Positions 17,823 through 26,405 of a stretch of DNA of 29,274 nt are shown piece after piece; within the stretch, counting starts at the first letter, position 1; every line of letters begins with the position of its first letter. The stretch is taken from assembly GCA_049972095.1 (NCBI GenBank), contig JBMFKQ010000022.1, positions 1 to 29,274 on the forward strand, in the 5' to 3' direction. The notes under the pieces are model-generated. The model was not told where the DNA came from, did not search any database, and was given only the letters and a program-made list of their open reading frames with translations. The position numbers and the translations under genes are program-made. The stretch comes from Elusimicrobiales bacterium (lineage in GTDB: Bacteria; Elusimicrobiota; Elusimicrobia; Elusimicrobiales; UBA9959).

Positions 17823-19283
17823 ATGGATATATCAAAAAAGATTGCAAGAATAATATTTCCGCATTTTAGATTTGGTGAATCAAGGATTGAAGATGCATTA
17901 AAGCTCGTTAATCTTGGGGTTGGTGGATTTTGTTTTTATGGAGGAAGTGTTGATGAGATCATTGAGGTTTCAAGAACTCTTAGAAATGCAAGCGATCATC
18001 CTCTTATTTTTGCGAGTGATTATGAAAATGGAGTTGGCCAGTGGGTTAGAGGTGCAACAAGGCTGCCAACCAATATGGCTATTGCAGCAACTGGTGATGT
18101 GAGCTTTTCAAGAAGAAAGGGTGAGATAACAGCTGCTGAGGCTGATGCGATTGGAGTTGACTGGGTTTTTGCACCAGTTGTTGATATAGCTGATAATCAT
18201 TCAAATCCGATAGTTAATTTAAGGGCTTTTTCTGATGAGCCAAACTGTATAGTTGATTTTGCAATAGAATTTATCTCAGGGCTTAACTCATTCAATATAA
18301 TAAATAGTATAAAGCACTTTCCAGGACATGGTGATACTGATGTAGATTCACATCTGGTTTTACCATCAATAAAAAAAAGCTATGCTGAACTTGAAGCTCA
18401 TGAACTTGTTCCTTTTGTAAGACTTCTTGGTATCAGTGATTCGGTTATGGTTGGTCATCTTTTAGTTGAAAGTATTGACAAAAATTTTCCTGCCTCTCTT
18501 TCATCTTCGCTTATAGATAAAATCCTGATTAAAAAAATGAATTACTCAAAGGTTATAATAACCGATGCACTTGTAATGAAGGCTATAAGAAATGAAACTA
18601 AGGCAGGGGTAGCTGCTTTTATTGCTGGGGCTGATATATTGCTTTATCCTGAAGATCCCTACAGCCTTTATAGCGCGCTTATTGAGTCAGTCAGGAAAGG
18701 AGAAATAGAGTTAGAGAGGCTTGATATTTCAATTAAAAAACTTGAAAATATGGTATCAAAAAGAAGGGTTTCATCATATAGAGCCAGAGATATATCTCTG
18801 GTTGGTGCTATGGAACATAGAAAAATGATAGTTGATATGGCATACAGGTGTGGAACGATTGTAAAAGATGATGGCTCATCTGTTGGTAAAAAAGTCTATG
18901 TTTTTGAAACCCTTTGTGAAGGCGAAATGAAAGCAAGATGTTTTATTGAAAGATTAAAGGAGCTTGGTTTTGAGATTAAGGATTTGCCATCTCTTGCTGA
19001 TGAAAGTATAATAGTTTCTTTTTCAAAACCAAAAGCCTTTAGTGGAAAAATAAATCTTATGGCAGAAGAAAAAGAGCAGATAGACGAGATAATAGCATCA
19101 TCTAAAAAAACATTTTTTATTTCATTTGGTAGCCCTTTTGTTTTTGATGGATATCTTTCAACTATAAATAAAGGTTTATGCTTCTTTGATGATTTTCCTG
19201 AGTTTCAAAGGGCTTGTGCTGAGTATATTGCTGGTATATGTGAGCTCAAAGGAAAAATGCCTGTGAAATTAAAAGACACCTAA
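17823..19283 (+). CDS. nagZ: Beta-N-acetylhexosaminidase, glycoside hydrolase family 3
   Basis: KHFPGHGDTDVDSH (NagZ signature), FAPVVD and ITDALVM. No signal peptide. Confidence 0.9.
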   Translation: MDISKKIARIIFPHFRFGESRIEDALKLVNLGVGGFCFYGGSVDEIIEVSRTLRNASDHPLIFASDYENGVGQWVRGATRLPTNMAIAATGDVSFSRRKGEITAAEADAIGVDWVFAPVVDIADNHSNPIVNLRAFSDEPNCIVDFAIEFISGLNSFNIINSIKHFPGHGDTDVDSHLVLPSIKKSYAELEAHELVPFVRLLGISDSVMVGHLLVESIDKNFPASLSSSLIDKILIKKMNYSKVIITDALVMKAIRNETKAGVAAFIAGADILLYPEDPYSLYSALIESVRKGEIELERLDISIKKLENMVSKRRVSSYRARDISLVGAMEHRKMIVDMAYRCGTIVKDDGSSVGKKVYVFETLCEGEMKARCFIERLKELGFEIKDLPSLADESIIVSFSKPKAFSGKINLMAEEKEQIDEIIASSKKTFFISFGSPFVFDGYLSTINKGLCFFDDFPEFQRACAEYIAGICELKGKMPVKLKDT

Positions 19284-19349
19284 TTAGCTTTCTTGCCAGC
19301 CTTTCTTGACTGACTGCATAGATCGTTAATGTAATTAAAGAATTAAGAT

Positions 19350-19559
19350 TTAAGAAAGTGTTTCTTTCTTTTTCTTTATTTCCTCAGATATCTTTTCAAC
19401 AGCCTCTTTAGCCTCTTCTTTTTTTTCATCTATCCAGTCTTTTATCCTTTCTCTTGTAACCTTCCCTGCTGCGGGTGCAAAGAGTATACCAACTATTGCA
19501 CCAACAAATGCACCTATTATAAAAGCTGTTAAGACCTCTCCACTTCTATTATCTGACAT
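19350..19559 (-). CDS. YtxH domain-containing protein
   Basis: FIIGAFVGAIVGILFAPAAGKVTRERI signature; SD GAGGAGG. Confidence 0.9.
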   Translation of the reverse strand: MSDNRSGEVLTAFIIGAFVGAIVGILFAPAAGKVTRERIKDWIDEKKEEAKEAVEKISEEIKKKKETLS

Positions 19560-19617
19560 AGAACCTCCTCTTTAAGAGTACAAAAATCCCCTGAATAAAT
19601 TATATCATTTATTTATT

Positions 19618-20808
19618 ATGATAGGAATAGTGTTTTTCGTTTCAATTAAGATTCTTGCCATAGATTTTGACGAGAATCTTTCTAAGACGCTTTTAAGCGA
19701 ATATACCAAGTGTGTATCAGCTATGCCTTATGGTAAGAAGATTCTTAAAGAGGCGCAGGGCCTTTCAAAGCATATATATCTTGACTACTCAGATGACGGA
19801 TGGCTTGCGTGGTATGAGGGAGGTGGAAAGATATTTTTCAATCTGAAATATCTAATGATTTTTTTTGGTATAGAGGATTATGATAAAGAGAAGGTTATTA
19901 AGGTCATTAAAAATTCTCCAGATGTAAGAAAAGAGTTTGTTAGATACACTGATTTTCTCTTTGTGCATGAGCTTGTTCATCTCATACAGGATTCAAAATA
20001 TCCTTACTTCAGCCGCTATAGATATGAGTTTGCAGAGCTTGAATATGAGGCTTTCATAAAAACAGATATATATTTTTATGAAAAGATGAAAAAAAACAAA
20101 ACCCTTTTTTACAAAATACTTGCTTCAAAGTATTATGATATCTACAGCGGATATGCAATGGGTGGCTTTATATCTTCTTTTGATTTCTATGATAATTACC
20201 TTGAGTCAATTAAGAAAAGATATCTTGATGAGGCAGAAGGGTATGTCAGTTTAACTGAAGAGGAGCAAAGGAAAAAAATTAGGCTTGAAGAAAGAAGGCT
20301 TCTTTCTTATGCTGGAGCAGATAAATCGATTTATGAGAGAGACAAGAAGGATTATGATAGGATGAAAAAGGATATGGATGTTTATATGAAAAATATTTCA
20401 ATTGAGCTTAAGAAGATCTGGGAGAAATATACAGATGAGGCTTTTTATTTTGTGCTTGATATGTCATACAAGGCGGAAAATCAGTCAGTTTTCTGGAGAG
20501 CTTTTTATTTTCTTAAAAATCTTAAGAACAAAGGTTATTCTAATAAGAAAAAAGAGCGTATGATTGAAAGATTTAAAAATCGTATAAAAGGAATTGAATT
20601 GGAAAAAATAACTGATGATGGGGTTATGAGTCTTGTTGAGGAGATATACTGGTTTGAAAAGAACTTTTCATCTTTAGCGGATTATGATGAGATTAGACAT
20701 TCAATCTATCCTCAGATTATTGCAAGAGCAATAAAGATTTCTGATTCATATGATAAAAGATATTCTGATATGATTGATTTTATCTCATCAGCTATCTCAA
20801 TTTGGTAA
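19618..20808 (+). CDS. Exported hypothetical protein with HEXXH zincin-like motif
   Basis: Short N-terminal hydrophobic signal; FLFVHELVHLIQ followed by ELEYEAF (candidate third ligand). Confidence 0.6.
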   Translation: MIGIVFFVSIKILAIDFDENLSKTLLSEYTKCVSAMPYGKKILKEAQGLSKHIYLDYSDDGWLAWYEGGGKIFFNLKYLMIFFGIEDYDKEKVIKVIKNSPDVRKEFVRYTDFLFVHELVHLIQDSKYPYFSRYRYEFAELEYEAFIKTDIYFYEKMKKNKTLFYKILASKYYDIYSGYAMGGFISSFDFYDNYLESIKKRYLDEAEGYVSLTEEEQRKKIRLEERRLLSYAGADKSIYERDKKDYDRMKKDMDVYMKNISIELKKIWEKYTDEAFYFVLDMSYKAENQSVFWRAFYFLKNLKNKGYSNKKKERMIERFKNRIKGIELEKITDDGVMSLVEEIYWFEKNFSSLADYDEIRHSIYPQIIARAIKISDSYDKRYSDMIDFISSAISIW

Positions 20809-20866
20809 AATAAAATTATATGAATTTTTCTTAGCCTGCTTAGTAGGTTTTTTAAGGAGGAGGATT

Positions 20867-21427
20867 ATGATACTTGCAAACGATTTTAAGGAGGGAACGA
20901 TATTTGTTAATGAGAATGGACAAATTGTCCAGGTTCTTAGCTATCAGCATCACAGAAAATCTCAGGCAAAAGCTGTTGTAAGGGTTAAGTTAAAAAATCT
21001 TGATACTGGCGCTGTGATTGAGACAAGCTATAGGCCTGAGGATAAATTTGAAGAGGTTATGGTTGAGAAGAAAACTAAGATATTTATATATAAGGATGCA
21101 AAGTTTGCCTACTTTATGGATGCGCAGACATATGAGCAGGTTGGGGTTGAGATCAAAAAGCTTGGTGAACAGGCAGAACTACTTGCTGAGAATATGGAGC
21201 TTGAGGGACTTTATCTTAATGGTAAGTTCTATACAGTACTTTTTCCACCATCTGTTGTGCTTGAGGTAGTTGAGACAGGGCCTGGGGTTAAGGGTGATTC
21301 TGTGAGCAATGTTATGAAACCTGCAAAACTTTCAAGTGGAATTGAAATAAAAGTTCCGCTTTTTGTAAATGTTGGTGATAAGGTAAAGGTAGATACAAGA
21401 ACCTTTGAATATGTTGAGAGGGTATGA
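20867..21427 (+). CDS. efp: Elongation factor P (atypical loop)
   Basis: Start at ATG 20867 (SD AGGAGG), 186 aa. Motifs ANDFKEG, FMDAQTYEQ, PGVKGDS, KPAKLSSG, VPLFV and DTRTFEYVER. Confidence 0.95.
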   Translation: MILANDFKEGTIFVNENGQIVQVLSYQHHRKSQAKAVVRVKLKNLDTGAVIETSYRPEDKFEEVMVEKKTKIFIYKDAKFAYFMDAQTYEQVGVEIKKLGEQAELLAENMELEGLYLNGKFYTVLFPPSVVLEVVETGPGVKGDSVSNVMKPAKLSSGIEIKVPLFVNVGDKVKVDTRTFEYVERV

Positions 21428-22116
21428 TAAAGGCAGTTGTTTTTGATTTTGACAATACATTGATGGATTTTATGAAGATGAAGAAGGCTGCTGTAGATAG
21501 TGCTGTTGACTATATGATAGATGCTGGACTTAAGATAAAAAAGGCTGATATGATAGACAAGATATTCAAGGTTTACTGGGAGGAAGGGATAGAGGATCAG
21601 AATATATTTGATAAGGTTTTAGAAAGAGAGTTTGGTGAGGTTGACCCAAAGATACTTGCAGCAGGAATAATTGGCTATAGAAGGGCAAAAGAGGCATATC
21701 TTATGCTTTATCCTCATGTTAGACTTACACTTTCTGAGCTTGTAAAGATGGGTATAAAGCTTGGCGTTGTTTCTGATGCGCCAAGGCTTCCTGTTTGGAT
21801 GAGGATAGTTTCTCTTGGACTTCATCATTATTTTGAGAAGGTTGTTACATTTGATGATATAGGTGAAAGAAAACCCTCACCCAAGCCGTTTTTAAAGATA
21901 TTAGAAGATCTCAGTGTAAGAGCTTGTGATGCTATAATGGTTGGTGATTGGGCTGAGAGGGATATTGTTGGTGCGAAGAATATAGGCATGATAACTGCAT
22001 GGGCAAAATATGGCAATCAGTTTGAAACAAAAAACTCAGGTGCTGATTGGGAGCTTGAGGATATATATGATCTTGTGGATATTGTAAAAAGGCTGAATCA
22101 GGAAGATAACAGGTGA
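21424..22116 (+). CDS. HAD-superfamily hydrolase (subfamily IA)
   Basis: FDFDNTL motif I, VSD motif II, KPSPKPF, MVGDWAERDIVGAKNIGM motif IV. Confidence 0.92.
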   Translation: MIKAVVFDFDNTLMDFMKMKKAAVDSAVDYMIDAGLKIKKADMIDKIFKVYWEEGIEDQNIFDKVLEREFGEVDPKILAAGIIGYRRAKEAYLMLYPHVRLTLSELVKMGIKLGVVSDAPRLPVWMRIVSLGLHHYFEKVVTFDDIGERKPSPKPFLKILEDLSVRACDAIMVGDWAERDIVGAKNIGMITAWAKYGNQFETKNSGADWELEDIYDLVDIVKRLNQEDNR

Positions 22117-22607
22117 TAAATCTATTTCTATTTCTTTTATCAACCCTAAACTTTTCCCTTAAACCATCAGGATGTGTTAAACAGCATGATAATCTATATA
22201 ATATATCCTTTTGTGGAAGGTTTGAGGTTGGATCTATAAAAAAACATAAACAGGCATTTTCTTTTCCTTATGATACTTGGAGGGATAAAAAGTATCGCAG
22301 TATATTTGCAGGCACAAGGGAGGTTTATGATAAAATTTTAAACGCAATTGACTCATGCAATCTTGTTAAATATACAAGCTGCTATCCTTCTTTTAAGCTG
22401 ATTGAGTTTGTTCATCTTAAATCAAAAAGTCGTGTTGCAAATGCAGCCGTGAGTTTTGAAGGATTAAATGTTGTTTTTGGAGTTGTAAAGAAGAATAATT
22501 TTTATCTTGTTTTCCCCCCTTCAAATTTTGTTTTTTTAGACGATGATTATAAAAAATCTGTTTTTAGATATATAATAGACTTATGGAAAAAGGAAAAAGA
22601 AGATTAA
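22113..22607 (+). CDS. Exported hypothetical protein with two SpoVG-like repeats
   Basis: GTG start coupled to the HAD stop; hydrophobic N-terminus. Both halves resemble SpoVG by eye (see findings). Confidence 0.5.
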   Translation: MINLFLFLLSTLNFSLKPSGCVKQHDNLYNISFCGRFEVGSIKKHKQAFSFPYDTWRDKKYRSIFAGTREVYDKILNAIDSCNLVKYTSCYPSFKLIEFVHLKSKSRVANAAVSFEGLNVVFGVVKKNNFYLVFPPSNFVFLDDDYKKSVFRYIIDLWKKEKED

Positions 22608-24172
22608 TTGTTCCTTTTTTATTTCTTTTTTGTAGTCAGGTTTTTACTCAAACACAAAAAATAAAGCTCAGCCATCAGGATGAAAGTTTTTATCTTGAGA
22701 TTGTTAAGGATAGTTATATATTAGAGATTGATGAGTCAAGAAAGGATGAGATAATAAAAAAGCTTGAAAATGCAGGATATACCAAAATAAAAAAGCTTTA
22801 CAAAAACTTTTACTCTGCTGTTAATAAAAAAGACTTATCTTTCTATGAGCTTTCTTTGACAGCGGACAATGATTTTAAAATTTATCCTAACAGAATTTTT
22901 AGACCCTTTTTAACACCATCAGATCAGTATTTTTCAAATCAGTATTATCTTTTTAAAATAAATGCACCTCTTGCATGGGATTTTGAGGAGCATCTAACAA
23001 CCATAACACTTGCTCTTGTTGATTCAGGCATAACCCCTCCACTTAATCCTGATTTTGATGGTATTGTTTTATCAACGCAGGTGGTTTTTAAAGAGGTATC
23101 AGGAAGTATTATTAACAGAGAAGAGTATCTTGATAAACAACCCTATTTTAACTCAACCGAACCCGATGGTTTTCCTCATGGCACTATGGTTGCTGGCGTT
23201 GCAGCTGCTATAAGAGGTAATCAAACAAGAGGGATTGCAGGGGTTTATGGTAACTTCAAGATATATTCATTTGATGTTTTTGATGATCTTAACTATACTA
23301 CCGAAGCAACACTCATTGCTGCTCTTAATGAGATTAAAGAAAGATTATTATATATGTCAGGAAAGGTTATAATAAATATGAGCCTTGGGAGTTCTGGTGA
23401 GTGTTCTGCGCCACTTCAGTCTATCATATCAGATCTATATTCTTACTCTGATAAATTCATACTGGTTGCTGCGGCAGGTAATGATGGGATTGGTTATGTT
23501 TCAACACCTGCAAACTGCAGCGGTGTTGTAGCTGTAAGTGCTACGGATGAGGCGGATAAATTTGCATCATTTTCAAACTACGGAAGCCACATGAAATCAA
23601 ATGGAGTTTCTGCTCCTGGAACAAATATATTTACTACATTTCCAGGTTCTGCCTGGGGTTATATTTACAACTATCAGCCTATTAGAGGAACATCATTTTC
23701 TGCTCCTATTGTTAGTGGTGTTATGGCTGGTGTTTGGGCAAAAAAACCAAGACTTAAAAATTATGAGGTTATTGATATTGTTAAAAAAACTGCAAGGGAT
23801 GTGGATGATGATGGCCCTGATAAAAAATATGGTTGGGGTATAGTGGATATGTTTAAGGCTCTTTCTTATGTTGAGTCTGATATAACAGATAAAAACAATA
23901 GAAGAATCACAGCATGGCCAAACCCATTTTACATATCAAGGCATGGTTATATAAGGTTTTCTATAAATGATGACTTAATCTATCCTGGGGATAAGCTTAT
24001 GATATATGACTTTTCAGGGGCTTTTGTAGCATGGGCTACTAAGGATGGAACAAAAGGCTTTGTGTGGGATGGGAAAAATTCAGGTGGCTGGTATGTTGCC
24101 CCAGGGCTTTATATCGCCTACTACAAATCACAAAAAGGAAGTGCAAAGACAAAGTTCTTACTGCTTAGATGA
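22583..24172 (+). CDS. S8 family (subtilisin-like) serine peptidase with C-terminal FlgD-Ig/CTD-like domain
   Basis: Signal peptide and propeptide; catalytic triad VDSG / HGTMVAG / GTSFSAP; AAAGN. Tail AWPNPF...WDGKNSGGWYVAPGLY...KFLLLR. Confidence 0.92.
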   Translation: MEKGKRRLIVPFLFLFCSQVFTQTQKIKLSHQDESFYLEIVKDSYILEIDESRKDEIIKKLENAGYTKIKKLYKNFYSAVNKKDLSFYELSLTADNDFKIYPNRIFRPFLTPSDQYFSNQYYLFKINAPLAWDFEEHLTTITLALVDSGITPPLNPDFDGIVLSTQVVFKEVSGSIINREEYLDKQPYFNSTEPDGFPHGTMVAGVAAAIRGNQTRGIAGVYGNFKIYSFDVFDDLNYTTEATLIAALNEIKERLLYMSGKVIINMSLGSSGECSAPLQSIISDLYSYSDKFILVAAAGNDGIGYVSTPANCSGVVAVSATDEADKFASFSNYGSHMKSNGVSAPGTNIFTTFPGSAWGYIYNYQPIRGTSFSAPIVSGVMAGVWAKKPRLKNYEVIDIVKKTARDVDDDGPDKKYGWGIVDMFKALSYVESDITDKNNRRITAWPNPFYISRHGYIRFSINDDLIYPGDKLMIYDFSGAFVAWATKDGTKGFVWDGKNSGGWYVAPGLYIAYYKSQKGSAKTKFLLLR

Positions 24173-24507
24173 TTCTGTACAATAAAACTAAGAATTTGAT
24201 TATTTCTTCAAACATTGATGTTGCTGATAGTTTTCTAAAAAGGTTGTTTGGTCTTATTCTCAAAAAAAATCCTCCTTCGGATTATGGGCTTATGATACCT
24301 CATTGTATTTCGGTTCATAGCTGTTTTATGAGTTTTACGATTGATGTTGTTTTCACTAACAGAGATATGATGGTTATTGATATAATAACACTAAAACCAT
24401 GGAGGTTTTCAAAGATTTATTTTTGTAGTGAAAATGTTTTTGAATTTAGGGCTGGGTTTGTATATGATAAAATATCTATTGGTGATTTAATTGAAATTAA
24501 GGGATAG
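24169..24507 (+). CDS. DUF192 domain-containing protein
   Basis: VADSFLKRLFGL...SVHSCFMSFTIDVVF...LKPWR...VFEFRAG...GDLI pattern. Confidence 0.88.
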   Translation: MILYNKTKNLIISSNIDVADSFLKRLFGLILKKNPPSDYGLMIPHCISVHSCFMSFTIDVVFTNRDMMVIDIITLKPWRFSKIYFCSENVFEFRAGFVYDKISIGDLIEIKG

Positions 24508-24513
24508 AGACCG

Positions 24514-26301
24514 ATGAGAGTTTTTCAAAGAAAAAAAACTCTTGAAGATATACTCATATCAAATGGATTTTTGAAAGATAGGAGTGATTATATAAAGTAT
24601 CTCAATGAATCAGAATCTGCAAAAATGGATATAATATCTTACCTCTGTGAGAAAGGGATTGTTGATGAGTTTAAGATATTAAATGCACTTAGCTATGAAT
24701 GGGGATATAAAGCTGTGGATCTTTCAAAAATTGAGCCTTCCATTGAAATATTGACTCTTATTCCTGAAGATCTTGCAAGAAGATATCTTTGTATTCCTTT
24801 CTACAGAAGTGATAAAGAGCTCTATCTTGCTATGGCAGATCCAAGAGATTTTGTTGTTGTTGAGGATATATCGCTTAGAACTGGATATAAAATAACTCCT
24901 TACATTTCGCTTCCTCATCGTATAATGATGCTTATAGACAAAGCATATGGTGCAAAAACTGTTGTAAGTGTTAAAAAGATTGTTGAAGAGATAACTCAAA
25001 AAGCTGACGAGGTTGATATATCACAGATTAAGGATGGGAAAAAGGATATAGCTGAGATAGACCCTTCAGCACCAGAGGTTGAAAAGATAGTTAATGGTGT
25101 ATTTCTTACAGCCCTTGATATGAGAGCAAGCGATATCCATATAGAGCCAATTGAAGATCCGCTCGGTAAGAATTCAAGGGTTGTTGTGAGATACAGAGTA
25201 GATGGCAGTTTGAAATCTGCGCCATTTATTATTCCCTGGAACTTTAGAAATGCTATTATAGCAAAGATAAAGATAATGACCAACTCTATGAATATAACGG
25301 AGCGAAGAATACCACAAAGCGGAAGGATACAGCTTATGGCTGGAGGTAAACCCATTGAGTTTAGGGTTGAGGTTATTCCAACAGTCTATGGTGAGTCATG
25401 TGTTATGAGAATACTTGACAGAAAGTCAGTTGAAGTGGATATAAAAAAGCTTGGTTTTCTTGATGATACACTTGAAGGGTTTTTAAAGCTTCTTGATGGA
25501 ATAGGTGGAAAAAAGAACTTTGGTTTGATACTTGTTTGTGGCCCAACAGGTTCAGGTAAATCAACAACTCTCTATGCTGCTCTTAATTATGTCAACAGGC
25601 CTGATATAAAGATTATTACAGCAGAGCACCCTGTTGAGTATAATATTGAGGGTATAATTCAGGTCCCAGTAAATCCTGATATTAAATTAGGTGAGGATAA
25701 GAGGTTTGACTTTGCACTTGCTTTAAGATCTTTTTTAAGGCTTGACCCTGATGTTATAATGGTTGGTGAGATAAGGGATCAAGAAACAGCAGAGATAGCC
25801 ATGGAAGCTGCAATGACAGGGCATCTTGTCTTTTCTACCATTCACACCAACGATGCCCCTTCAACTGTTTCAAGGCTTATAGAGATGGGTATACCAAGCT
25901 ATATTGTTGCATCAACACTCAAGGCTGTTCTTGCTCAGAGACTTTCAAGAAGGCTATGTGATGATTGTAAAGAGGGATATAGAATAAAAATAGAAGAGAG
26001 AAAGGTTTTTGAAGAGTATGGCATAGATGTAGACAATGATGTTGTGCTTTTTATGCCAAAGGGTTGTAAGAAATGCAATAATAGTGGTTTTAGGGGTAGG
26101 TTAGGACTTCATGAACTCCTTATAATGGATGATTCTTTAAGAAGACTTATTCTAAAAGAATATGCAAGTGAGCCAATAAAAAAGCTTGCTGTTTCTAAAG
26201 GTATGAGACCACTTGTGGTTGATGGACTTATGAAGGTTATAAAAGGCTGGACTACAATAAAAGAGGTGCTTGGTGGAGCTTCTTCAAAGAATGACAAATA
26301 A
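24514..26301 (+). CDS. pilB: Type IV pilus / type II secretion assembly ATPase (PilB/GspE)
   Basis: ASDIHIEP, Walker A GPTGSGKSTT, LRLDPDVIMVGEIRD, His box TGHLVFSTIHTNDA, tetracysteine CDDC/CKKC, and an N-terminal MshEN/GspE-N-like domain. Confidence 0.93.
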   Translation: MRVFQRKKTLEDILISNGFLKDRSDYIKYLNESESAKMDIISYLCEKGIVDEFKILNALSYEWGYKAVDLSKIEPSIEILTLIPEDLARRYLCIPFYRSDKELYLAMADPRDFVVVEDISLRTGYKITPYISLPHRIMMLIDKAYGAKTVVSVKKIVEEITQKADEVDISQIKDGKKDIAEIDPSAPEVEKIVNGVFLTALDMRASDIHIEPIEDPLGKNSRVVVRYRVDGSLKSAPFIIPWNFRNAIIAKIKIMTNSMNITERRIPQSGRIQLMAGGKPIEFRVEVIPTVYGESCVMRILDRKSVEVDIKKLGFLDDTLEGFLKLLDGIGGKKNFGLILVCGPTGSGKSTTLYAALNYVNRPDIKIITAEHPVEYNIEGIIQVPVNPDIKLGEDKRFDFALALRSFLRLDPDVIMVGEIRDQETAEIAMEAAMTGHLVFSTIHTNDAPSTVSRLIEMGIPSYIVASTLKAVLAQRLSRRLCDDCKEGYRIKIEERKVFEEYGIDVDNDVVLFMPKGCKKCNNSGFRGRLGLHELLIMDDSLRRLILKEYASEPIKKLAVSKGMRPLVVDGLMKVIKGWTTIKEVLGGASSKNDK

Positions 26302-26405
26302 GAATTTGATTATGGCAGAATTGAATGGTATATGAGCTATTGATGATAGGAAGATTTTGAGTTTATGCTTACTATTTGCTTGTAAAGATTTTTGGAGGTG
26401 TGATT

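Noticed and set aside
17700..17830. Gene-orientation switch as a replication origin or terminus
   Set aside because: I saw no DnaA boxes or dif-like site here; divergent operons explain the switch.
19284..19349. Short CTTTCTTG direct repeat in the nagZ-ytxH gap
   Set aside because: It is too short to exceed chance and forms no stable structure.
20774..20866. 31-aa N-terminal extension of EF-P
   Set aside because: ATG 20867 has a strong SD and gives the canonical length of about 186 aa.
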